A DNA stretch of 64,000 nt from an uncultured Lentisphaeraceae bacterium (lineage in GTDB: Bacteria > Verrucomicrobiota > Kiritimatiellia > RFP12 > UBA1067): NCBI GenBank assembly GCA_964579865.1, contig CAZOIS010000001.1, forward strand, positions 1,084-65,083, written 5' to 3'. This document shows, piece by piece, positions 1 through 7,452 of the stretch. The notes under the pieces were generated by a model, which was not told where the DNA came from, searched no databases, and was given only the letters and a program-made list of their open reading frames with translations. Position 1 is the first letter of the stretch; each line of letters opens with the position of its first letter. The position numbers and the translations under genes are program-made.

Positions 1-5
1 AGAAA

Positions 6-596
6 GTGGGCGTATTTTGGAGCAGCGGCGAGGTGAACGACGGGAATGCGGCGTACGCGACGAACCTCTACGTGGTGATTCCGCATCCGGCGCTGGAGTC
101 GTTCGTTTCGGAGGACCGCCGGCTGCTGGCGGACGCGCAGTTCATGCGGGACGCGGCGGCGCTGTTCGGCGCGCCGATGGCCGCGCCGCTGTACGACACC
201 TGTTCGAGCGCTTTGCTGCAGGCGTTTGCGACGTGTCCGCAGGTGTCGCAGGTGACGGCCTCCGCGGACCGCGTGCTGCAGCTCCGCATCTACAACAGCT
301 ACACGATCGAGCGCAACGCCCGGAAGATCGAGATGTTCGAGCAGGGCGGCGAGATCGGGATCTTCCGCGCGTGTGGCATGCAGCCGGTCTTTTTCGGGCA
401 GGCCCTGGCGGGAGACAAACTGGCGAACCTGACCTACATGCTGGGGTTCGCCAACAAGGAAGAGAAGGATGCGGCCTGGAAACGGTTCCGAGGCCATCCG
501 GACTGGAACGCGCTGAAAGCGGATCCGCGCTACAAGGATACGGCGAACAAAATCACGAATATTTTGCTGCGTCCGTCCCGGGGATCACAGCTGTAG
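6..596 (+). CDS. NIPSNAP-family protein, 5' end probably cut by the window edge
   Basis: 196-codon ORF whose frame is open to position 1 (first codon is GTG). C-terminal half LQLRIYNSY...MFEQGGEIGIF...FANKEEKDAAWKRFRGHPDWNAL resembles the ferredoxin-like NIPSNAP repeat (recognised from memory). Confidence 0.55.
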   Translation: MGVFWSSGEVNDGNAAYATNLYVVIPHPALESFVSEDRRLLADAQFMRDAAALFGAPMAAPLYDTCSSALLQAFATCPQVSQVTASADRVLQLRIYNSYTIERNARKIEMFEQGGEIGIFRACGMQPVFFGQALAGDKLANLTYMLGFANKEEKDAAWKRFRGHPDWNALKADPRYKDTANKITNILLRPSRGSQL

Positions 597-725
597 GATT
601 CGCCGAGAACACTGAACGTTGGACGCCCCGCGCCCGGGTCTCGCGACTCCCGCGCGGGGCGTTTGCTTGTCGTCACGCCGGCTGACTCGCGTAGGCCGCC
701 GCAAGCCCGCAAACGCCCGTTTCGC

Positions 726-1403
726 TCAGTCGCCGATCTTGCAGAGGGCGCAGTGGCGGCAGTCGAGCTCCAGCGGAAGCGGGGCGGCTTCGCCGCGCTT
801 CCGGGCTGCCACGGCCTGCAGGTTGTTGATGAAGGCGAGGATCAGCCCGAGGGTGACGAAGCCGCCGGCCGGCAGGACGATCAGCACCATGGCGTGATTG
901 TGGATGTTCTGGATGGCGCAGTCGCCCCAGACGGTGATCGAGCCGTTGCCGAGGAACTCGCGGATCGTCGCGATGATGGAGAGCGAGAGCGTGAAGCCGA
1001 GTCCCATACCCGCGCCGTCCGCGGCGCTGTAGAGCACGCCGTTTTTCGAGGCGAAGGCTTCGGCGCGGCCGAGGATGATGCAGTTCACCACGATGAGCGG
1101 GATGAAGATGCCGAGGCTCTCGGCCAGCGCGGGCGTGTAGGCCTGCATCAGAAGGTCGACCACCTGGACGAAGGCCGCGATGACGACGATGTAGCAGGGG
1201 ATGCGCACGGCGGAGGGGATGATGTTGCGCAGGGCCGAGATGGCGGCGTTCGAGCAGATCAGCACAAAGACACAGGCCAGGCCCATGCCGAGCGCGTTCT
1301 CGAGCGAGGTGGTGAGGGCAAGGGTGGGACACATTCCGAGCACCAGACGGAAGGTCGGATTTTCTTTAATGATGCCGCGGGTCAGTTCGGAGAGAAAACT
1401 CAT
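726..1403 (-). CDS. rnfE: RnfE/NqrD-family polytopic membrane subunit with Cys-rich C-terminal tail
   Basis: Track ORF 726..1925 trimmed to the in-frame ATG at 1403 (MSFLSELTRG...). LGMCPTLALTTS...SLGIFIPLIVVNCIILGRAEAFASKN matches the RnfE/RsxE signature. The discarded upstream codons are Arg/Pro/Gly-rich GC artefact. Tail ends LDCRHCALCKIGD. Confidence 0.75.
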   Translation of the reverse strand: MSFLSELTRGIIKENPTFRLVLGMCPTLALTTSLENALGMGLACVFVLICSNAAISALRNIIPSAVRIPCYIVVIAAFVQVVDLLMQAYTPALAESLGIFIPLIVVNCIILGRAEAFASKNGVLYSAADGAGMGLGFTLSLSIIATIREFLGNGSITVWGDCAIQNIHNHAMVLIVLPAGGFVTLGLILAFINNLQAVAARKRGEAAPLPLELDCRHCALCKIGD

Positions 1404-1498
1404 GACGGGAAGCCTTTTGCATTGAAAAGTCCAGTAGTATGCCCAAACTTCGGGCAGAATGCAATTCCGGGATGTCACTGCGCGGGCGGGTTTGCGGA

Positions 1499-1957
1499 TC
1501 AGGGCCGTTTCCCGCTTTGCTTGGCCGTCCGGGCACCATCGCTTTTGCGTCGCTGCTGCAAGAGGATCGCCAGCACGATCGCGGTTGCGGCCGCCAGCGA
1601 CAGTCGGATCAAACGCGCCGGGGCCTTCGGTCGGGGGCGTGGCGGCGTCTGCGCCGCCATCGGTTCCGCAGACAGCCGATGCAGCTCTTGGTCGGTCTGG
1701 CTGGACCGCATCCAGTCGTCCACGCGGTCCGCCGGCAAGGCGCGGATTTTCTCGGCCCGCTGCTTGGCCGCGGCGCGGCGGTTCTCCCGTTCGGCCAGCG
1801 GAACGGATCCTTGCGCCGCGGCGCGCGCATCCTCGTCCAGTTTGTCGCGGACCGCGAATTCGGGCACCAGGCTCTCCTCGACGATGGCATGCGCGGAGAG
1901 GCACACCCCGGCGACGGCGGCACACACGGTCAAGCGAAGGAAGGGGATCGTATTCAC
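1499..1957 (-). CDS. small hypothetical protein (signal-like N-terminus, C-terminal TM helix), last cistron of pseudopilin module 1
   Basis: In-frame GTG at 1957 makes a GTGA start/stop overlap with the upstream 578-aa gene (stop 1954..1956). VNTIPFLRLTVCAAVAGVCLSAHA N-terminus, charged middle, LIRLSLAAATAIVLAILL near the C-terminus. The rest of track ORF 1499..2446 overlaps the upstream gene out of frame. Confidence 0.4.
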   Translation of the reverse strand: MNTIPFLRLTVCAAVAGVCLSAHAIVEESLVPEFAVRDKLDEDARAAAQGSVPLAERENRRAAAKQRAEKIRALPADRVDDWMRSSQTDQELHRLSAEPMAAQTPPRPRPKAPARLIRLSLAAATAIVLAILLQQRRKSDGARTAKQSGKRP

Positions 1958-3690
1958 GGCAGCACCTCTTGCCAGCTGATCACGCGCGGCGTGGCGGGGG
2001 ACATCGGCAGGTAAATGAAGAAATCTACGCCGTCGGGACTCGTCGAGCCGAGGCGGATGTCCCAGTTGAACCTCACGGTCGAACCGTAGATGATCCCCTC
2101 GTCCCGGCAGATGAGCGCGCCGTTGATTTGGCATTGTCCGATCGTGCCCATCGTGGCGTGGTTGTTGTAGAGCACCGCATCGATTTGGGTGATGGCTGCT
2201 TTCTGCGCGTTCTTGCCGATCACATAATCGCCGGCCGCGCTCTCGTAATAGCGGCGGGCCGATTCGGCGGAGGGCAGCCACTTTTTGGTTTTTTTGTCGT
2301 AAACGTACTCCACTTTTTTCCCGGAGTCTTTGGCGGTGTAGTCCCCGCTGAAGGTCGAGTCGTAGCCGATCGAGGCGTCGGTGGGGTCGCTCGCGTAAGC
2401 ATTTACGAAGGGCGGTGTGATGTACTGCTGCACGCTGGCCATCCATGCGGAATTCGTGTAGTTCCCGAGCACGATGTTGCCCTTTGCGGCCAGCCCAAGC
2501 ATATCGCTCGATTCGTTCTTTTTCACGGTCTGAGTCGGATCATTGTCGGGCTTTGACCAAGAAGGCGGATTCTTATACGTCAGGTTGCCGACGATGTAGA
2601 TGTTCCGTCCCGAATAGATGGCGCCTTGTCCCGTGACCGTTCCTTTGATGATGACGTCGCTGTCGACCACGACGGGCCCGTCGATCTCGATCGGCTTCGA
2701 GGTCCCGTCCAGCACGATGCAGCCTTTGTCGGCCCCGTTGGCGAGGCCGGAGGGGCCGGCGCCGCTGTAGCAACCGTCCACCAAGACGTTGCCGCCCTGC
2801 TTGATGGTGGCGCCGGCGTTGTTGGCGATCTCCCGGTAGTCGGCCAGATCGCCGAGAAAGGGCATTTCCAGCGATTCCTGATAGGGCAGCAGTTCGTTTG
2901 ATCCCTCGTAGCCCATTTCCCACGTGTCGCCTCCGGCGGCGGTCGGGCTGGTCGGGCGCGTTTTCGGGTTGTTCTCGCTCCAGTACTGCGCCAGCGTAAA
3001 AAACTGGGCGGTTCCCGAAATGGCGCCCAGCGACCCCAGCTCGCTGTTCGCGGCCGCGTAGGCGGAGCCGTTGACCCAGGATTTCCCGTCCAGAAACAGG
3101 TTCCCGTTGGCGCGGATGTTGCCGTTCGCCGTCACGCCGCCGCCCATGAACCACCCGTAGTTGTTGACGAAGTAGGCGTAGTCGAAAACCGAGGAGCGCC
3201 GCAGCGCATACTCCACCGTTTCCTCGATGATTTTGGAAATGGTGACGCCCGAGGGCGATTTGCACGTGGCGGTGGCTCGCAAGGTCAGGCGCGCGAACTG
3301 TCGGATGGAACTGCTGGCGGAGCGTTCCATGTCCGTCAGCGAGACCGTCACGACGCAGCCGTTGAGCGTCTGGTTCTGCATCAGGTAGCTGATGTAGCCG
3401 GCGGTCCCGATGCTTTGGCCGGAGTGGCTGTCGAACCACGACAGGTTGTTCCACGTCGTCGGATAGGCGGCGTAGTAGGCCCTGAAGTCGCGGAAGATGT
3501 CGGCTTTCTCCTTGTCGAGCGCGGACTGGGCGCTCAGCCGGCACAGGGAGCCGGTGGTGTAGACGCCCGCCGCCCGGGTCCCGTTCAGAATGTATTCCAG
3601 CGCGCCGCCCGCGATGATGCCGACCACCAGCAGGCAGGCCACGACGACCGGCATGACAAATCCGGCGGACGGTTTAGACGTGTCGTTCAT
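1954..3690 (-). CDS. large PilX/GspK-like minor-pilin-family protein (578 aa)
   Basis: ATG 3690 preceded by GAAGGAG. N-terminal hydrophobic helix SAGFVMPVVVACLLVVGIIAGG lacks Glu+5, as in PilX/GspK-type proteins. Beta-helix-like G-x-[IV] repeats (VIIKGTVTGQGAIYSGRNIYIVGNL, INGALICRDEGIIYGSTV). Lies 12 nt downstream of a pseudopilin gene. Confidence 0.75.
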   Translation of the reverse strand: MNDTSKPSAGFVMPVVVACLLVVGIIAGGALEYILNGTRAAGVYTTGSLCRLSAQSALDKEKADIFRDFRAYYAAYPTTWNNLSWFDSHSGQSIGTAGYISYLMQNQTLNGCVVTVSLTDMERSASSSIRQFARLTLRATATCKSPSGVTISKIIEETVEYALRRSSVFDYAYFVNNYGWFMGGGVTANGNIRANGNLFLDGKSWVNGSAYAAANSELGSLGAISGTAQFFTLAQYWSENNPKTRPTSPTAAGGDTWEMGYEGSNELLPYQESLEMPFLGDLADYREIANNAGATIKQGGNVLVDGCYSGAGPSGLANGADKGCIVLDGTSKPIEIDGPVVVDSDVIIKGTVTGQGAIYSGRNIYIVGNLTYKNPPSWSKPDNDPTQTVKKNESSDMLGLAAKGNIVLGNYTNSAWMASVQQYITPPFVNAYASDPTDASIGYDSTFSGDYTAKDSGKKVEYVYDKKTKKWLPSAESARRYYESAAGDYVIGKNAQKAAITQIDAVLYNNHATMGTIGQCQINGALICRDEGIIYGSTVRFNWDIRLGSTSPDGVDFFIYLPMSPATPRVISWQEVLP

Positions 3691-3702
3691 AGCGTGGCTC
3701 CT

Positions 3703-4239
3703 TCACGGGTTCATGATCTGGACTTGCGCCTGACTCTGCTGCTTGTATTTCCGGGTGGAGACTTGAAGTGCGAGATCTAAATTGATGATGACCGTGCCGG
3801 TATCGTTCGACACGACTTGAAAAATCTCTTCTGTCTGAAAGACCGGCGTCCCGCCCGCGATCCATTTCGCCTTGCCCCGGTCCGCGGACAGCTTTTTGTC
3901 GCTGCCGAGGGCGAGGCGGTTCGAAGCCCCTTTCTTGGGTTTAAATTTCAAACCGTTGCCCCCCTTGTTCTTCTTGTTCTCCACCGACAATTCGCTCAGG
4001 CTGGCGTTCATGAGTCCGCCTTCTTCCGGGACGATGTTGAAGAGCAGTTTTTCGCGCAAGGCGCGCGACTGCAAGGTCAGTTCAAGGTCGGCCACGGTCT
4101 CTTCGAGCAACCGCTGCGACGAGACCAGCGCCGCGATGGCCTGGGACATGATGACCGCGGTCAGCGCGGTCGAGATCATCAGTTCGGTCAGCGTGAATCC
4201 GTTCCGCCGCCTTTTTCGTTTATTTGGTGCCACCTGCAT
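3703..4239 (-). CDS. prepilin-type N-terminal cleavage/methylation domain pseudopilin (178 aa)
   Basis: KRKRRRNG|FTLTELMISTALTAVIM has the class III signal peptide with Gly-1, Phe+1, Glu+5. GAGGA 6 nt upstream of the ATG. Confidence 0.85.
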   Translation of the reverse strand: MQVAPNKRKRRRNGFTLTELMISTALTAVIMSQAIAALVSSQRLLEETVADLELTLQSRALREKLLFNIVPEEGGLMNASLSELSVENKKNKGGNGLKFKPKKGASNRLALGSDKKLSADRGKAKWIAGGTPVFQTEEIFQVVSNDTGTVIINLDLALQVSTRKYKQQSQAQVQIMNP

Positions 4240-4249
4240 CGGTTAGTCC

Positions 4250-4753
4250 TCACGGGGTGTTCCGGAAGAGATTTCGCTCGACGCGGTGTCGCTCGATGAC
4301 ATAGGGGGTCGGCAGGCGGCCCCAGCCCCCGTCGGGAAGCGGCCACACGACATCGGTGATGATCTGCCAGTGCGTGACCGGCGTGCCCACGGGAAGGACG
4401 GACAGGCAATACGCGGCGTGCTGGCCCGCGAGCCAAGCGCTCGTGCGGTCTTCGGCCACGGTGCGCCATTCCGTATGATCAACGGCGTAATTGTCTTCGA
4501 ACCACGAGGTCTTCCGGTTGAAGGTTTCCCAGGCGACGTCGTAGGCGAGGGCGTCTGCCGCCAGACGCCACTTGAGGTTTGCCGCGCCCCGCCGGCAGAA
4601 GAGCAGGGCCTCGAACAGGATCAGAAACAGAAGGAGGCTGATGGCCGAAGCAAACACGACCTCGAACAACGTGAATCCGCCTCGCCCGCTGGGGAAAGAG
4701 GCGCTCTTCCGCAGATGTCCGTTCCTGCGGTTGCCGAAAGGCCACGGTTTCAT
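4250..4753 (-). CDS. prepilin-type N-terminal cleavage/methylation domain pseudopilin (167 aa)
   Basis: SGRGG|FTLFEVVFASAISLLLFLILF has the class III signal with Glu+5. Lies 10 nt upstream of the next pseudopilin gene. Confidence 0.85.
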   Translation of the reverse strand: MKPWPFGNRRNGHLRKSASFPSGRGGFTLFEVVFASAISLLLFLILFEALLFCRRGAANLKWRLAADALAYDVAWETFNRKTSWFEDNYAVDHTEWRTVAEDRTSAWLAGQHAAYCLSVLPVGTPVTHWQIITDVVWPLPDGGWGRLPTPYVIERHRVERNLFRNTP

Positions 4754-4963
4754 CCTCAGGACTTCCTCTCATATGCGCGGGACTCAGGCCGCCCCCGAAG
4801 AGGCGTCCTGCGCTGGGTGTTATGTGCCGGGTTCTTCATATAAACAGTAAACGACAGTATCAGGAAAAAGTTCATGCCGCGAGGAATTATTTCAAAATAA
4901 TCACATGATGGTCCCGTATATGAGTGAATGTGCCGCCTGTTGCGGAGGGGCGCGTGTTCCGGC

Positions 4964-5911
4964 TCACATGTCGTCCGGGACTTCGATGCGGATCGTGCGC
5001 GCCCGCATGTCCTTGAGATCCGTGGCCGCGACTTTCTTCTGGTCGAGGTCGCTGCCGTGCAGCGTGCCGGGGTCGGAGAAGAAGGGCACTTCGAAGCTCG
5101 CACCGCACGCGGGGCATTCTGAGGCGGATCCCGCCATGTCGGCCGGCGCCTCGATCTCCTGGCGGCAGTTTTTGCAGAAGAAGGAGAGCATGCGCTTGGA
5201 GGGCAGCGTCTTTTGGATGGCGGGCGCGCTGGCATTGTCAAAACCCAAGGCGGCCAGGTCGATGCGAATGGTTTGCCCGCCTTTGCTCTTCAGATCCCCT
5301 CCCGGGGTCGGGCTGGCCGCGGGGTCTGGGGCCGCATTGGGAGCGGCTGGCGCTGGAGCGGCGGCCGGTGCGGGGGCGGCGGCCGGTGCGGGGGCGGCGG
5401 CCGGTGCGGGCAAGGGCTTGCCGTGCAGCGTGCCGGGTTCGGATTCTGTGGGCACCGTGACGGACGCCCCGCAGGCGGGGCACTGGGCCTGTACGCCGGC
5501 GGCCGACAGTGGCGCCTCGATCTCCTGCCGACACTGCTTACAGCAGAACGAGACGGCGGTTGAGAAGTCTTCGTGAACCTGCGGAGGGACCTCCTTTGGG
5601 AGGACCGTGATCAGGTTGTCCGGGGTGGGTGTGACAGCGTTGCGCGCCTTTTTCAATACGCGCACCCGCAGGGTGTCGTGCTCAGCAATGAGAATCGTTT
5701 CTCCGGATTGAGGATTTTTCATCTTCCTCGCCTTGCGCTTGATAACATCCAGTCGGCAGATTCCCGGAATAGTGAATCCTTGGTCACACGCCTCCCGATA
5801 GGCGATATGCCGCAATGCTTCCAGTACAAAACGGGCTGATTTCTGCGTGATCCCCGTGCTAAAAGCCAATTCCCGAACCAAGGTCGTCTTGTTATAGGTC
5901 GTTTTTTTCAT
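4964..5911 (-). CDS. HU/IHF-fold DNA-binding domain fused to two zinc-ribbon modules
   Basis: aa 1-93 (MKKTTYNKTTLVRELA...GFTIPGICRLDVIKRKARKMKNPQSGETILIAEHDTLRVRVLKKARNAV) has the HU/IHF pattern including the R-x-x-R-N-P-x-T-G beta-arm. Two copies follow of F-C-K-x-C-R-Q-E-I-E-A-P...C-P-A-C-G-A-S...PGTLHG, separated by a (PAPAAA)n linker. Confidence 0.85.
   Translation of the reverse strand: MKKTTYNKTTLVRELAFSTGITQKSARFVLEALRHIAYREACDQGFTIPGICRLDVIKRKARKMKNPQSGETILIAEHDTLRVRVLKKARNAVTPTPDNLITVLPKEVPPQVHEDFSTAVSFCCKQCRQEIEAPLSAAGVQAQCPACGASVTVPTESEPGTLHGKPLPAPAAAPAPAAAPAPAAAPAPAAPNAAPDPAASPTPGGDLKSKGGQTIRIDLAALGFDNASAPAIQKTLPSKRMLSFFCKNCRQEIEAPADMAGSASECPACGASFEVPFFSDPGTLHGSDLDQKKVAATDLKDMRARTIRIEVPDDM
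5358..5411. repeat. 3 x 18-nt perfect/near-perfect tandem repeat (GCGGCGGCCGGTGCGGGG) encoding the (PAPAAA)n linker of the HU-zinc-ribbon protein
   Basis: Units at 5358..5375, 5376..5393 and 5394..5411. The last unit matches 17/18. Confidence 0.9.
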
Positions 5912-5949
5912 TGCATTTGCTCATTAGAAGGTTAATAGTTAAGTCTATA

Positions 5950-5965
5950 TGCAAGTAGTGTGCCA
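5950..5965 (-). promoter_or_regulatory. sigma54 -24/-12 promoter (TGGCAC-ACTAC-TTGCA) for the HU-zinc-ribbon gene and probably the downstream pseudopilin module
   Basis: The reverse complement of 5950..5965 matches the consensus TGGCAC-N5-TTGCA exactly. Lies about 40 nt upstream of ATG 5911. Confidence 0.65.
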
Positions 5966-5993
5966 ATACGTGGCTTTTGGGGCTGTGAATGTT

Positions 5994-6009
5994 TGGCATT
6001 AATTCTGCT
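5994..6009 (+). promoter_or_regulatory. sigma54 -24/-12 promoter (TGGCAT-TAATT-CTGCT) for the PAS-PAS gene
   Basis: Correct GG-N10-GC spacing, about 48 nt upstream of ATG 6057. Lies back-to-back with the 5950..5965 box. Confidence 0.55.
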
Positions 6010-6056
6010 TTTTAAGTTTTTTACGAAATGAATCTTGCGTTGGGGAACAGTCAATC

Positions 6057-7361
6057 ATGGCCATGAAATTCTGGTTTGGCAAAAAAGGTACGGAGCCGGA
6101 TGAGAGCGCGGGCGCGACCGGTGCCCTTCCCGTGGCGACGCCGAATCGTGCGGAAAGTGGCGCTCCGCCGTCTCCCGCAGAATCGGCGACGTCTGCCGTG
6201 CCGCAAGGTCCGGACGCTGTTTCCGTCGGCGGAAGCCCGTCTGCCGGAATCCCGCCGGCACCCCGTGCGGCGGTGGACGTGGGTAGCGCGGCGCCGCTGC
6301 CCTTGGCGGTGTCGCCGCAGACGGTGTCAGGGCCCGAGGCCGGAGTGAACAAGGGGAGCGCCTCTTCATCTCCTGCCGCGGAAACGGCCGACGTTCCGCG
6401 GACGGTACTGAAAGCGGTCGGAGGAATCGCCCCGGTCCGTTTGACGGCAGTGCACCCCGCAGGGAGTGGGCCGCAGACGGCGGGATCGGCCCCGGTCGCA
6501 GGTGCCGGACGCCCGGTTTTCGCGTTACGGCCGAAAAACGACTCGACGGCCGCGCCGGCCGCGGTGGCGGAAATAAAGCCTCCGACGGGGGCTCAGGCTG
6601 AAGGGGGCCCCGCTCCCGCCGGAAAAATGGCGGGCGGGCTTGGCGACGGGAACGAGCTGATCCGCCCGAAGACCGATCAGCGGGCGCTCTATTACCAGCT
6701 GATGAACGGTCTGTACGATGCGGTCCTGATCCTGGACGATCAGGGGCATGTCGTGGACTCCAGCAAGCGGGTGTCGGAACTCTTGGGGTATTCGCGCGAA
6801 GACACGTGGGACTTGGGCATTGATAAGATCATTACCGGGATGACGCGGCAGATGTTCGAGCATCTCAGGCGCAGTTTGTCAGAGAGCAACCATGTGCTGA
6901 TCGACGCGCGGTGCTCTCGCCAGGACGGCACCTCGTTCTCGGGCGAGGTTGGCGTGAGCACGCTCTCGCTGACCACCGGTTCAAATATCGTTTTCGCGAT
7001 CCGCAATGTGGAACGGCGCAAGACCGCGATGGAGGACCTCCGCAAGTGTCAGGCGGCGCTCGACGTCGCGTTGGTGCCGGTGTTTGTGTGTGATACCGAC
7101 GGGTTCTTCCAGATGGTCAACCAGACGCTGCTCGACGCGTTCGGAATACCGGATGCGGCCCAGGCGAAAAGCGTGCGGTTCGTGGATCTGTTGCCCGATG
7201 CGGCCCGCTTTTTCCTGAGGGCGGCCTGCGGCGAGAAGGTCCATGAGAAGATCAGCGTCGCGACGCCGGACGGGATGCCGCTCAAACTCGAAATCTCCTT
7301 GGCACCGGTGCAGAGCGGCTCGAACATCACGGGCGTCGCGGGGTCGATCCTGCAGATGTGA
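6057..7361 (+). CDS. PAS-PAS protein with about 200-aa Pro/Ala/Gly-rich disordered N-terminus, no output domain
   Basis: ATG 6057. C-terminal 230 aa contains two PAS-like modules (LYDAVLILDDQGHVVDSSKRVSELLGYSRED..., ALVPVFVCDTDGFFQMVNQTLLDAFG...). N-terminus is low complexity. Confidence 0.8.
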   Translation: MAMKFWFGKKGTEPDESAGATGALPVATPNRAESGAPPSPAESATSAVPQGPDAVSVGGSPSAGIPPAPRAAVDVGSAAPLPLAVSPQTVSGPEAGVNKGSASSSPAAETADVPRTVLKAVGGIAPVRLTAVHPAGSGPQTAGSAPVAGAGRPVFALRPKNDSTAAPAAVAEIKPPTGAQAEGGPAPAGKMAGGLGDGNELIRPKTDQRALYYQLMNGLYDAVLILDDQGHVVDSSKRVSELLGYSREDTWDLGIDKIITGMTRQMFEHLRRSLSESNHVLIDARCSRQDGTSFSGEVGVSTLSLTTGSNIVFAIRNVERRKTAMEDLRKCQAALDVALVPVFVCDTDGFFQMVNQTLLDAFGIPDAAQAKSVRFVDLLPDAARFFLRAACGEKVHEKISVATPDGMPLKLEISLAPVQSGSNITGVAGSILQM

Positions 7362-7452
7362 GAAACGTATTCCGCTTCCTGTTTGCCGCGGCAGGGCTTG
7401 CTTCCGGGGCTCTCCGGAACGAGGAGCTGATTGGAAAGACGCTTTCCGCTTC

